From contig NW_024704758.1 in the NCBI RefSeq assembly GCF_018977255.1, forward strand, positions 5,580,001 to 5,644,000: 64,000 bases of DNA. Reading direction: 5' to 3'. Positions 1 to 12,369 of the stretch are shown piece after piece (the stretch's first letter is position 1; each line of letters starts with the position of its first letter). Source of the DNA: Callorhinchus milii. Its lineage: Eukaryota. The notes beneath the pieces are model-generated. The model did not search any database, was not told the DNA's origin, and saw only the letters and a list, made by a program, of their open reading frames with translations. Both the position numbers and the translations under genes were made by a program.

Positions 1-592
1 CTTTGGCTAGCAGGGTTAATGAGGGCTGAGCAGGAAAAGTTTATACCACTTGTCTGCCCTTCGAAGTCCTACTAATGAGCAAGACTGTGCTGTCATTAGC
101 GGTGCCCTGGAGTACTTGCAGACCTGCCTGGCTCAGGTGTCTCAAAACGCTTCACAGGAGTTACTGTGAAATGGAGGGAGGGACTGTGTATCTGTGGGCT
201 AGTGCGGTAGTACAATTCAGCGCAGCAATGTAGGTTTTGAACCCACAAACGTCTGATTCAGAGGCAGGAGTGCTACCACTGAGCCAGGCTGACACAAGCT
301 AAATAAAATGTGTTTCCCCCTTTGTCCAGATTAATTGTTCATTCTGCTCAAGGCTGATTGTGGGACCTCAGTTGTGTAAACAGTTGCTGCATTTGTCAAT
401 GAAAATGCACAGCACCAGTTACTATAAAGCCCTTTGAGACATTGACCGAATAAGGTGCAATAAAAAGTACTCTGTTCTGCACAGGACATTCAGCCTTTTG
501 GAAATATTTATGGTTTTAAATGAAGTTCTTCTCCATGAATTTAGTGTTTTTGTTATAATTCAAGCAACACATGGAACACAATGCTCTGTATA

Positions 593-598
593 TTTATT
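593..598 (-). terminator. Candidate poly(A) signal of gene E
   Basis: AATAAA on minus at the end of an AT-rich tract (about 540-1000), followed by GU-rich tgtgttccatgtgttg. Confidence 0.35.
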
Positions 599-1744
599 TA
601 GCATGGTACAATTAAACATATTATAAAAATATAAAAATGTTTTGAGCCATGCATTTAATTAAACTCCATTCGAAAGGAAATTTACACAAGTTCATTAGTG
701 CACACATTGATTATGTGATAACATTTTCATTCTTTTTCATCAAATGTTAGTTCATTTGACCTAGTACAATGTAGTCACAGTTTTACAAAAGTATTTAAAA
801 TATTTACAAATGTACATTACCTTTACAAAACAATGAATATTGAAAAGAAAATAAGGCACATTATTAAAAATGTAGTGCAAACATATGTCCATCTCATTAG
901 CACCGTGTGTAGACACACCATCCTTTTTTTGTACAGCTTCAAGATATTTTTTGGCTTGCAGTTTGAATCTCTAAAGTAGGCTTCTATTCTAAAATGATTT
1001 CTTAAAATACCAAACATATCTCAGTATTGTCTGAGTCGCTTTCTTTTGACCAGTTGTGTAGTTTCAAAGTGCGAGTCATAGGTGATTTGGCAAAGAGCAA
1101 GAGTAAACATTCAATGCCAACACTGTGAGCTGAGAATACAATATTTTTTCTGTCAAAGTTTCGCTTGTAGGTGTGGGTGGGGTAAGAAACATTTGGTGTT
1201 AAAGGAACTATGTGTGCATGACTCAGAGTGTTAAAATTTTATAGAGAGAGGGTACTTGATCTGAAGTTTCTAATTCTCTCTGAGTTCACAAATTGGCCGT
1301 CACTTTGGACCAAAACTCCTCATCTCTCTGTTTTCCACATTCTCTTTTCTCCCTTCTTCAATTCTTTACACTACCCTTCATTTAACTACAGATTTAAATA
1401 AACTGCCCAGACCACTGTTATTTATGACTGGAAATGGTTGGCAAGAAGGGTGATTGAGACATTAAACTCATTTAAAAAGCAGTTTGGTGCTGTCCAGAGG
1501 GGGAACAGTTGGGTGGGTGTTGTGGAAGAACCAGAGGCCAAGGGCCATCGTTATCCAAACCGATCTTGTGAATATCTCTCCCCAATCCAATAAAACAACT
1601 TTAAAGAAACATGGAGACTCTTTCCTGATTATCAAAATCCCCTACCCCATTCAAATTAATTGGTTACTCATCTCATTGTTGTACAAATTAGCTGCCCTGT
1701 TTGGCTGCATTACATTCACTTCATTTCTAAATAATCTCAATTGT

Positions 1745-2069
1745 GGAGTCCTGTAGCTCAGTGGTCAGAGCACTCGCTTTGCAAGCGAGAGACCTGAGTT
1801 CAATTCCAGGCAGAGGGCGAAACCTTGGGCAAGTTTCCTTACTCCACACGTCTAATAATAATCCCTCCAAAACCAAAAACAATAATAAAATTGGTTATTT
1901 TTAATCTACGACTGTTTGTGGGACATTGCTGTGCGCAATTGGCTGCCGTGTTCGCCCACAAATATACAGTCAGTTCACTTTACAGTGTGTTCTGTGAAGC
2001 GCTTTGGGACGTCCTCCCGACGTGAAAAGCGCTATATCAAATGCAAGGATTATTATTATTATTATTATT
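1745..2069 (+). mobile_element. Young tRNA(Ala)-headed Deu-domain SINE, full length
   Basis: Head GGAGTCCTGTAGCTCAGTGG with A/B boxes and TTTGCAA loop; Deu core gctgtgcgcaattggctgcc; L2-type tail gcgctatatcaaatgcaagg(att)n. Confidence 0.9.
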
Positions 2070-2829
2070 CTGCAAGGCATTTTTCTTGAAAGAAATGTCT
2101 TTTTGTTATTTGAAAAAAGCCTCTCCACTTTTATATAAACCTCATTGTACATCGTCCAGTTGTGGTAAATGACTGGAACATTTTTCATAATATAAGCAGT
2201 ACTGTTTCACAAAGTATATATTGACTTCAGATAATTATTTGGGGAGGACAAGTTTGCAGGGCTATGGGGAAAGGGCAGTGGGATTGATTTGGATAGGTCT
2301 TTTAAAAGCCGGCACAGACGTGATGGGCCGAAGGGCCTCCTTCTGTGCTGTATAATTCCATGATTCTATGATATACTAAAAATCCTAACCCTCATACCCA
2401 TTGGTGCAATACATTTAATGCAATCAATACGAGATCAGACACCATATCAAAAGCCAAAGTCATCACTATCAAGGTTCACGCACAGATTGTCCAATTTTTT
2501 TCAGCCATTCCATTTTATCTCAGTGTTGCTTATGTGGCACTCACCGATGGAAACAGTCTGTGTAATAAAATTAAAATAAATCCATTTACGTCTTCTGAAC
2601 TTTATATTTATTTACATTTTTCATTAAAAATCATCTCAAAACACACCTTATCCATTCATGGATTCCCACATTTTGAGCCCTTGCTCTGCTCCACACACCA
2701 AAGAAATAGTCCAGTTATAGAGATTTTATATCCGTTGGAGCACTCACCCATCTGTTTCCAGATGTCTCCCAATCACTAGAAATATAACAAGTGTATCGTG
2801 GAAATTTTCTAAGTAAGAAGAGGACATAC

Positions 2830-3143
2830 CTAAACCAACAGGCTGGTAAACTTCTCCACAACATCATTTGTTTTTGCATGTCGAATTTCACAACTAAATT
2901 CCTCTGGTTCATCATCTGGTTTCAGCTCAACTTCTAGCTGTGTAAATGTAGAGTAAAGTCCATTTTCACCAATGCGGGGCACCTGTACAAATTGTTCTTC
3001 GGCAAAATCCGTCCATCCCTTACTCCACAGAATGGCAATGTCCCCTGGGCAAAAGTCATCAACCGTGCAAGACAATGTTAATGTTTCACCAATTTTGGGT
3101 CGATCAGGTTTGTGTATGATTTCTGACACCTTAGGAGGTACAC
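2830..3143 (-). CDS. Gene E post-TM Ig C1 domain 6 (last coding exon)
   Basis: ttttcag|GT GTA CCT CCT; LSCTVDDFCPGDIAILW...FSCEIRH...EKFTSLLV then TAG, followed directly by gtatgt. Confidence 0.85.
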
Positions 3144-6100
3144 CTGAAAACACAGAAGCAATGCTTAATGTAAGATCCACGATAGCAACCACATGATGAC
3201 ACAATTAACGAGAAGGAATAAAACTGTTCTGAACTTTAACAAGATGTTATGTGTCAGGCTGGCTCAGTGCTACTCACTTGCCTCCGAGCCAGAAGTAGTG
3301 AGTTCAAGCCAGTCCAGGCTGACATTCCAAAACAATGCTGGAGATTGCACTGCATAAATGGAGGTAATGTCTTATCATTAATAATATGCTTCAACGGAAA
3401 AGACTGACAATCCAACAATAAAATGCAAAAGTGCATCAGTCTCATGCTAAATAAGACCTTCTACCCATGCAATGAACACTATTAAGTCCAAAAAAGGTCA
3501 GTAATGTGAAAATTTGTTGCAAGATTTCAGAAATATATTAAATGCTCAGAATATACTCACGTTTTAGAGGCAAATGACAACGTCTTTTGAACACGTCTGT
3601 TTTGTTATTTTCTTTGTAATGAAAAATTAAATCTTTTTCAAAGTCGTCTGCAGTCAGGAGGAATTTCAAACAACTTATCATGCTGTAAGTGTTTTGAAGT
3701 TCCTGAGTTAGACTGGAATTCACAACTCCTTCAGTAACACGATTGTCCCCTTTGTACCACTCAATACTAAAATCTTTATGACAAAGGCCATTCATTGTTT
3801 GGGACACAGTTAAGTGTTTACCAAACTTAAGAATCTTTGGTTCCAGTACGAATTCTGAAAATCTGGGAGAACCTGTAACAAGATTAGAAAAATTCTTAAT
3901 AGGTACAAATATGAATAAGTCCTGATGAATCTATTTTATTAAACTGTCTAGATATGTCATGTCTACACAAATTGTTAACTCTCCATGGTTTCTGATAACA
4001 TGAACAAGCACTAACCAGTGCAAGAGACACAATTTCTATTTGAATAAAGCTTGTGTTAAACCAGCAAATCATGGCAAAGAGAGCTGGGAACACAAAGAAT
4101 TAAGCATCTTTTTCACGGGCACATTATCTTACATAAAACACTAGCTTCAGGTACAATTTATTTTGAGGGTGGGGGGGGCGCGAGGAGGAAAGAAAGGTGC
4201 CAGTACAGTCTTGTGTTTCTTTTGCTACCTTTAAACACAAACAGAATAGCAAAAAAATCGGTAAAGACTGTCCTTTGAATTTCTTCTTTGTTGTTCGCCT
4301 TTAGAACTTTGGAAAAAGGGAAGCAGAGCGATGAAGATTAATAAAGACTTAGCATCAGTCTAATGGTAAAAGTTATATTTTCTGGGGACAATTGGACTTC
4401 GATTTTCCCTGAGCACAGACTAATATATATACTGTATACCATCATTTGTCCTGGATTGTCCAGTTTTACTTCAAATGGTTTATTAAAGTTACCACTTCAA
4501 AAGCAACATGGTATAGTAACAGCATACCTATTGGTCTAGCATAATTTTTGGGATTACTCTCATCCCCTACATTGCTCATAGTTCCCACCTCATTTCCTTA
4601 CGTATTGATGGACATTTGTAATGTCCTGCAATTAAATATTGTTCAAGTTACCTTTAATCAACAGTTGATAAGTATGCCTGTAAGGTTTGGTTGATGATTT
4701 TGAATGGCAAATTTCTACTGTGTATTTGGCTTGATGGTCATCAGTGGTTGGAGTAAGGGTGACTGTGGTAACTATACAGTTCAGACCATATTCACTGGAT
4801 GATTCTTTCGTAATTGTTCCGTACTTCCCATTCATTTCCATTGCCACATTGTCTCTGAACCACTCGACCTGAATGTCTTTTGGATAAAACTCTTTTATCG
4901 TGCAGGTTAAAGTCAATTCCTTTCCGATTTCAGGGATGGAAGGGTCGCTCAACACTTCTGATACCTTTGGGAAAGCCACTGAAATACAGAGAAAGTGGAA
5001 GAAAAAATGTAAGGTACGATTACGGTTTCAAATCAACTGAAAAGCACAAAATAGGTGAAAACTCTCAATCTTCATCCCAACATATATGTTCATCCAAATT
5101 AATTCAATAAGTATCAATAATTGAAACAAAAAACAAATGTATTCTTCTGGAATATGTGCTTCACAAAATTACTTGGCAGAAAAAAACTTCAAACATACCC
5201 AGGTTTTCAGGAATGTATTCTTCGACTCTTGGATACATAAGACTCTCATGATTAACCTCACATTTGTACACACATTTCAGGTCTAAGAGCGACACAGTAA
5301 ATGCATATTGACTGGTCAGTTCAAACACGTTTTTCTCAAGAGAACCTTGAGTTATCTTCAGCACCTCATCGGTTTCAATAAGATCCTTGTCTTTAAACCA
5401 ACGAACCACTATTTCTTTCGGATAAAATGAATGCACTTTGCAGGACAAAGTCAGTTTCTCTCCAACTACAGAGTTTGGTGGGTCACTCACAATGGTATTC
5501 AGGATTGGAAAAGCTGGAAAAGAAAATGAACAGCTTATAACTGCTTCCAACATATTTCATACAGTAATCCTTGCATTTGATAAAGCATCTTATCAGCCGT
5601 TGAAACGTATCAATGTGCTTTTACGTAAAGTGTAGTGACTGCTTATTTGTAGGTGAATGTAAAAGAATTACCTTTAACTTGCAGTTTGACAAATTTCTCA
5701 ACTGGGTTCTGCAAGGCAATATGCTGAACTTCACAAAAGTACTGACTGTTTTCAGTTTCTTCAATTGTTGCATTGAATAGCAGCATACTGCGAACACTCT
5801 GAGTGTGGTCAGGATAACTGAATTCACTCAGACTATGGGAAAACTCTGCTGCACACCAGCTTTCATCAACTCCATTAATACATTTTACTATGGGACGCTT
5901 CTCCCCATCATCCTTTATTTTGTACCACTTGATAACCAAGTGACTTGGTTTGAAAAAATTAATGGGACACGTCAACATGACTGAATTGTTATGAAGCACA
6001 ATAGGAGGTTGAATTATTTCATCCAATTTCGGAGGAACTAAAGGGAAAGAAAAAAAAAACATTACTTTGGTTGGAATCCCACATTAGCTGTGAAGGTAAA

Positions 6101-9100
6101 TAGTCACTTGATAGTAATATCATTTGTTGATAGAGAACACATTATTTTTCTACAATGTATCATGAATTACTAACTTGGGATTTGGTAAAACAATCAAACC
6201 AAGGAACCAGAGATAGTTGATACTACTGTTTATTACAGTGTGAATTTGGGCTTAAGGCTGCATGGAATTGTAGAAAATTTACTTTTAATTTGGAAGTTTT
6301 TTTAAAATATATAAACTGCAGTTTCCAAATTAAGACCAAATTTAAAGATTTGTCACAATGCTGTGCAATTTCCAAATGAAAGATTTTCAGGCACATCTCA
6401 AACACTCCTGGACTGGATTTAAGGATACAGATTTGGTATCTGACTAACAGATTAGATCCAGAAACCAGTGTAATCAGATGCTGGAGTGCAGCATCTGAGT
6501 GAACTGTATGGATGTGCTGTTTTATTCACCAGAAAGTAATTGGGGAAAAGATGGTGGAGAGAATTCAACAAGACATTAACCCAAGAATTCAAAATCATGG
6601 ATCTTCGGTACAGATTTAGATCGCCCATAAACGATGAGGTTTGAGAAGGCATTGCCATAGCAACTTGCGACTATAATTACAATGGGCACAAATTGGAGAC
6701 ATGTGTGCTCCAAGCAAAAAATTTCACAGCAGCTACGCGTAATAGAAGTTACTATTAATTGACATTTGTTCACTTACTTCCAGTAACATCTAAAGAGAGG
6801 GTTTTGATGACTCCTTTGCCAGATGGATGGATCACTTCGCACATGATTTTGGCTTGGTTGTGCTCATTTATGTCAGGAAAGATACAAAGAATGCTGGAGA
6901 GACTGAATGTTCCATCTTTATTTTTATAAACATTGGCTGTTTTGACTTCCCACTGATGAAGATTCTCGTAGATTGCGATCTCAGAGTCTGGGTTTTTGTT
7001 CTTTTTACCACCAAAAGGTAAACTTTGCATTTGACTTTTAACATATTGCCCAATCAATTTATTCTGCCCTTCCTTCATGTTCTTCAGGTACCAGAAAATA
7101 GAAATAGCTTCGGGTTGGAATCCAGAGACGTGGCACATTAATTCAGCCAATTCTCGGTGTACAATACGAGCGGGTATTTTGATACCTGAAATTTTTGGTG
7201 GAACTGAGAATAAAACGAAATAAGTCAAAGCCGAGAACATTTCAAATTGCGTTTCTCTAACATCTTCAATCCACGACTGTTTGTGGGACGCTGCTGTGCG
7301 CAATTGGCTTCCGTGTTTCTCCCACAAATATACAACCAATTCACTTTACAGTATATTCTGTGAAGCGCTTTGAGACATGTGGAGTCCTGTAGCTCAGTGG
7401 TTAGAGCACTCGCTTTGCAAGCGAGAGACCTGAGTTCAATTCCAGGCAGGTCAGGGCGAAACCTTGGGCAAGTTTCCTTACTCCACACAGAGCCTAATAA
7501 TAATCCCTCCAAAACCAAAAACAATAATAAATTGGTCATTTTCAAGCTACGACTGTTTGTGGGACATTGCTGTGCGCAATTGGCTGCCGCGTTCGCCCAC
7601 AAATATACAGTCAATTTACTTTACAGTGTGTTCTGTGAAGCGCTTTGGGACGTCCTCCCGACGTGAAAAGCGCTATATCAAATGCAAGGATTATTATTAT
7701 TATTATCTAGAAGTCGTGAAAAGCGCTATATCAAATGCAAGGATTATTATATTTTTATGAGCAGCTCCATTCGCATCTGATACCCTCTTAATATTAGCTT
7801 GAGAGAGGGAACTAGATTCATACCTAAAAAGGAGAGGTATGGAGAAAGGGCAGATAAATGGGACTGAAAGGATTGCTCTTTAGTACAGACAGGACACACA
7901 TGATGGGATGACAAGGGGAGTCGACACTTAACTGGCCAAACAAAAGTGTCTATGAATAAGTTAGAGTGGAGGGAAAAAGAGATAATCAAGCAACTACAAC
8001 ATGTCTGTTCCATACAAGATACATAAGAAAATCTACATAACTACTGGACAGAGGAGCTTTCACCCCCTTAAACTGCTAGTTTGCGCAGGGTCACCTTACC
8101 ACAGATATATTCCCTATTAGTAGCACACAAAATTTCCAAATGATTACCTTTATAAAAGTACTTCATGTAAGCATAGATCCCAAATATTATTGCTGCAACA
8201 GTGAATATAATGCTCATGACGATACTTGCAACGACCGATCCTTGAGAAATACGAATTTCTGCCTCTGTGAACAAAAATAAATAACATTTTGTTAAAATAC
8301 TTTTCAAATTAACTTTGGTTTTCAATTGCTCAGAATGCTACAGCAGAGAATAACAAGTGCCTAATACTTAATCAGGGAGACCAACAAAGATCAGACCTAT
8401 CAGTATCGTACATTTTGCAGAACAACATGGAATTTTCTGGAGAAAATGGGCTGTGTCATTACCCAGTAAGGATATTTCAAGCATACTTTCTCAATACTTC
8501 ATCTTGGTTGAGAATTTTCACCTGTGTTAAAACAAGTGCCTCGCAGGTCTATGGCCTTGCAACTTAATGTGGCTGTTTCTGCTGAACAGTAGGTAGCACA
8601 GTTTATCGCACATCCTCTCCCACACAAGGATCTGTGTGTTAACCAACACCCTCATCCTTGCCTAGCTCCACTGTTCCCTGTACCCTCATCAGATCAACTT
8701 CAAGATCCTGACATTGGTAAATCCCTCCACACCTTTGTCACATTCAAACTTCTCCAATTTCCTCCAGCCTCACTCTCCTGCCCACTCCACAAACTGAGTC
8801 CTCTGGCATGTCTGGCTTCCCCACCATCAGTGGCCAAGCTTGAACAAACTATGCTTCCGTTCTCTGAAACTCCCTCCCAAAATCCCTCATCTCAATCTCA
8901 ATCTTAGAATTTCATCTAGAAGTCCACGCCTTAGCCCTATCTTCAAAACCCTTTTTAAAAAAATCTCTCCGATTTGTACCTCGTCACCTTTCCACCTACG
9001 TTTTGAATCAGAGGTTATGTTTGCCATTTTAATAAACAACAAAGACCACTGCAACTGACCTTTCAAAGTAACATGAGCTTCCACGGAGAATGGCTTTTTA

Positions 9101-11497
9101 AACGTCTTGTGTTTTGCTTCACATTCGAAAGTGCTGCCAATATCTTCTTTGACAGGTAACAGTCGAACCTGAATGGACATATTGCACAGTCCATCAGTGT
9201 CAATGACTCTTTGGCTAATGCATATATCTGTTAACTGCTTCTTTTCTCCTTGTCGCATCTTCTGAAACCACTCAGCACTGGCTTCGCAAGGATAAAATCC
9301 ATTTAGCTGACAATCCAAGGTCATCTCTCCTCCAAGGCCGAATTCCACCGTTTCTTCTGAAACCACAATCACTGAGGGCCGTGCTGCCAGAACAAACACA
9401 GGTGTTGTAGTGTAACATAAATACCTACAAATACACTATCACTTTACAGTTAAAATTATGAATCAAAGTGACAAGGCGCTACACCAAATGCAAGGATTAT
9501 TATTATTGTATACAAAACAAACATTTAGCATTCCTTTTTACAAGCTACAAGCGCTTTGAGAAATCCTCCCAATGGGAAAGGTGGTATATCAAAACCAAGG
9601 TTATAGGATTCTTAAGTAATGTTTGCATCAATCACCAGCAGCTTACCTAAAACTTCAAGACGTACAGTGCCAGTAGCTTGCTCATTTGGGGGCACAAATA
9701 CTGTGCACTTATATTCTCCCATTTGTTTCATCGTCACGTTTTTCAACAACAGCGACATGTTCCCTTTTAGGATGGAAGATTCCAGCAGCTCAACGCCTTT
9801 CCCCAATTTGAATAAGGCTCCGTTAATATACTTAAAAATATCATCAGTGAAGGACCACAGAACTCCAAGGTGGTTTTTGTCCAACGTAATGCCCGTCAGG
9901 TCAGCAATTTCACACTGTAGGGATACGTCTTCATTTACCAAACATTCAGCAGGACTCGTTCTCAATGTCATCCTTGCGGCTGTCGATATAAATAAAGGCA
10001 ATTCAGTATTATTCAGGAAAAGAAACGTAAATACATTTGACCCACCTAAACTGTTAACAAGCGAATAATTCCTCCATTGCCCCTCTCGGAAACACAGACC
10101 AAAAAGACTACGCGTGTCACAACGTGATCTATTCCGTCACTTGAAGACGAGCACAATTGGAAGCAAAATAGAAACTCCAAATTTCGCCCTCAAAATCCTT
10201 TACAGTGTGTCCTGTGAAGCGCTTTCAGGCGCCTCGAAGACGTGACGAGGCGCTGTATCAAATCCAAGGATTATTATTGTTATAATAGGTGTCACTTGTA
10301 CTGGGGTGGGGGGGGGAAATGGACACCCTGTACCCTAAGGGGGGAATAGACACCCTGTACCCTAAGGGGGAAATGGACACCCTGTACCCTAAGGGGGGAA
10401 TAGACACCCTGAACCCTAGGGGGGGGGGGGAAGGGGGATAGACACCCTGTACCTAAGGGGGGGGGGTTAGACACCCTGTACCCTGGGGGGGGGGGAATAG
10501 ACACCCTGTACCCTGGTAGGGCGGGGGGGGGGGGGGGAATAGACACCCTGTACTCTAAGAGGTGGGGGGGGCTTAGACACCCTGTACCCTGGGGGGGGGG
10601 GGGGTTAGACACCCTGTACCCTGGGGGGGGAATAGACACCCTGTACCCTGGGGGGGGGGGGGAATAGACACCCTGTACCCTAAAGGGGGAATAGACACCC
10701 TGTATCCTAAGGGGGGAATAGACACCCTGTACCCTGGGGGGTGGGGGGGGTTTAGACACCCTGTACCCTGGGGGGTGGGGGGGGTTTAGACACCCTGTAC
10801 CCTGGGGGGTGGGGGGGGTTTAGACACCCTGTACCCTGGGGGGTGGGGGGGGGTTTAGACACCCTGTACCCTGGGGGGTGGGGGGGGGTTTAGACACCCT
10901 GTACCCTGGGGGGTGGGGGGGGGTTTAGACACCCTGTACCCTGGGGGGTGGGGGGGGGTTTAGACACCCTGTACCCTGGGGGGTGGGGGGGGGTTTAGAC
11001 ACCCTGTACCCTGGGGGGTGGGGGGGGTTTAGACACCCTGTACCCTGGGGGGTGGGGGGGGTTTAGACACCCTGTACCCTGGGGGGTGGGGGGGGGTTTA
11101 GACACCCTGTACCCTGGGGGGTGGGGGGGGGTTTAGACACCCTGTACCCTGGGGGGTGGGGGGGGGTTTAGACACCCTGTACCCTGGGGGGTGGGGGGGG
11201 GTTTAGACACCCTGTACCCTGGGGGGTGGGGGGGGGGGGGAAGACAGTGGTGGGTCAACATTTACTGAATATTTGGGTTCAAGACCTCCACCTCTTCCCG
11301 CTCTCACGTGACATACCCCCCGCGCCCCCCATCCCGGACCCCAGCGATGCTCCGGGTGACGGCCTCATGAGACAGTGAAGAGCCGAGGCCTCCCCCCCCC
11401 CCCCCCGGGGCCCCGGGACTGTACCTCGCGGCGGCGGTGACAGGAGCAGCAGCAGCGCGGCCAGACCCAGGCCCAGGCCCAGGCGCTGCCCCGACAT
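2830..11497 (-). CDS. Gene E: type I Ig-superfamily receptor, SP-V-C1-TM followed by six C1-type Ig domains (predicted cytoplasmic), about 968 aa
   Basis: Exons (minus): 11425-11497, 9647-9979, 9060-9383, 8148-8264, 6778-7203, 5672-6037, 5199-5513, 4652-4978, 3561-3872, 2830-3143. All have AG/GT boundaries and phase-1 junctions. They sum to 2907 nt = 969 codons ending in TAG. Confidence 0.85.
3561..3872 (-). CDS. Gene E post-TM Ig C1-like domain 5 (both canonical Cys lost)
   Basis: cttgttacag|GT TCT CCC; GSPRFSEFVLEPKILKFGKHLTVSQTMNGLCHKDFSIEWYKG...; donor C|gtgagt; 312 nt. Confidence 0.8.
4652..4978 (-). CDS. Gene E post-TM Ig C1 domain 4
   Basis: atttcag|TG GCT; LTCTIKEFYPKDIQVEWFRD; F-strand reads YTVEI (no Cys); donor gtaact; 327 nt. 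Confidence 0.85.
5199..5513 (-). CDS. Gene E post-TM Ig C1 domain 3
   Basis: LSCKVHSFYPKEIVVRWFKD...YKCEVNHESL; donor gtatgt; 315 nt. Confidence 0.88.
5672..6037 (-). CDS. Gene E post-TM Ig C1 domain 2
   Basis: VPPKLDEIIQPP...LTCPINFFKPSHLVIKWYK...YFCEVQH; donor gtaatt; 366 nt. Confidence 0.88.
6778..7203 (-). CDS. Gene E post-TM Ig C1 domain 1 with long internal insertion
   Basis: PPKISGIKIPARIVHRELAELMCHVSGFQPEAISIFWY...DGTFSLSS...IMCEVIH; donor A|gtaagt; 426 nt. Confidence 0.88.
7381..7752 (+). mobile_element. Young SINE, full length, with duplicated 3' tail; preceded by a 3' half-copy (about 7263-7375)
   Basis: Same head, core and tail; the tail is repeated at about 7706-7752. Confidence 0.88.
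8148..8264 (-). CDS. Gene E transmembrane exon
   Basis: EAEIRISQGSVVASIVMSIIFTVAAIIFGIYAYMKYFYK: hydrophobic run followed by basic residues; ttcacag|...|gtaatc; 117 nt. Confidence 0.88.
9060..9383 (-). CDS. Gene E extracellular C1 exon
   Basis: LDCQLNGFYPCEASAEWFQ...FECEAKHKTF; donor gtcagt; 324 nt. Confidence 0.9.
9647..9979 (-). CDS. Gene E V-set exon
   Basis: VSLQCEI...GVLWSF...GNMSLLLKNVTMKQMGEYKCTV; donor gtaagc; 333 nt. Confidence 0.9.
10310..11240. repeat. G-rich minisatellite of about 30 units (about 30-33 bp, agacaccctgtaccctgggggg...) in gene E intron 1
   Basis: Tandem units read directly; long G runs. Confidence 0.9.
11425..11497 (-). CDS. Gene E signal-peptide exon
   Basis: MSGQRLGLGLGLAALLLLLSPPPR G|gtacag; GC/CpG-rich; 73 nt, phase 1. 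Confidence 0.75.
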
Positions 11498-11615
11498 GGT
11501 CCTCGAGGTTGGGGTGAGGGTCTGATCCGGTGTGGGGGGTGTGGGGTCGGAGAGGCCTCTGGCGCTCTCCCTCTCCCTCTCTCCGCGGCCTGAGCTGCAG
11601 CCGCGCCCCGACCTG

Positions 11616-11629
11616 AGTTTCACTTTCAC
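11616..11629. promoter_or_regulatory. ISRE/IRF-E upstream of gene E
   Basis: AGTTTCACTTTCAC matches the AGTTTCNNTTTC consensus; 119 bp upstream of the ATG. Confidence 0.65.
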
Positions 11630-11639
11630 TATCACCACG

Positions 11640-12185
11640 TGCCGGGGGGGGGAGAGGGGCAAAGGGGGTTTGGGGGCGAAGTGTGGAGAGGGGGCCATGG
11701 GAGGGGGGGAGAGGGGTACAGGGGAGAGACAGGAACAAGGGTGGGAATGGTGGGGGGGAGAGGGTGGCACAGGAAGGGGGAAAGAGGGGGGAGTGGGGCA
11801 AAGGGGGGTGGGGGGGGTGGCATGGGAGGGAGGGGAGCAAAGGGGGGAGAGGGGCATAGCGAGGTGAGGGGTACAGAGGGAGAGAGAGAAACCGGGAGGG
11901 GGGGGAAAGGGGGGAAGAAGGGGGCATGGGAGGGAGAGGGGGGCACAGGAGGGAGGGAGAGGGGGGCACAGGAGGGGGAGAGGGGGGCACAGGAAGGGGG
12001 AGAGGGGGGCACAGGAAGGGGGAGGGGGGCACAGGAGGGGGGCACAGGAAGGGGGAGGGGGGCACAGGAAGGGGGAGGGGGGCACAGGAGGGGGTTAGAG
12101 GGGCGCAGGAGAGGGGCACAGGTGGGGGGGAAGGGGGGAGAGATCAACAAAGGGGAGGGAGAGGACCATGCGGGAGGGGGTGAGG
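11640..12185. repeat. Polypurine G-rich low-complexity repeat (ggggcacaggaagggg...) upstream of gene E
   Basis: Read directly; it produces the spurious Pro/Gly-rich ORFs. Confidence 0.85.
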
Positions 12186-12369
12186 GGGCATTTGGTATTG
12201 GTCTTTATTACGTCTTCGGGACGTCTCAGGCCGTCGCCCACAGAGCGTGTTGGGGAGAATAATTTTGCAGGGCTCTGGGGAGAGCGCGGGGGAGTGGGAT
12301 TGACTTGGACAGCTCTTTCAAAAGAGCCGGCAGACAGAACGGGCCGAATGGCCTCCTTCTGTGCTTTAT

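Noticed and set aside
1745-1820. tRNA-Ala-like sequence (also at 7381, 12370, 27262, 48133 and others)
   Set aside because: SINE heads: they continue into the Deu core and L2 tail and lack a proper acceptor stem
1825-2025. Recurrent short ORFs such as MGKFPYSTRLIIIPPKPK...
   Set aside because: Chance translations of SINE copies, not a gene family
10310-11240. CRISPR-like array
   Set aside because: Eukaryotic minisatellite with no unique spacers and no cas genes
10292-12262. Long Pro/Gly-rich ORFs around the gene E leader
   Set aside because: Products of G/C-run tandem repeats; only the 73-nt leader exon has splice and signal-peptide support
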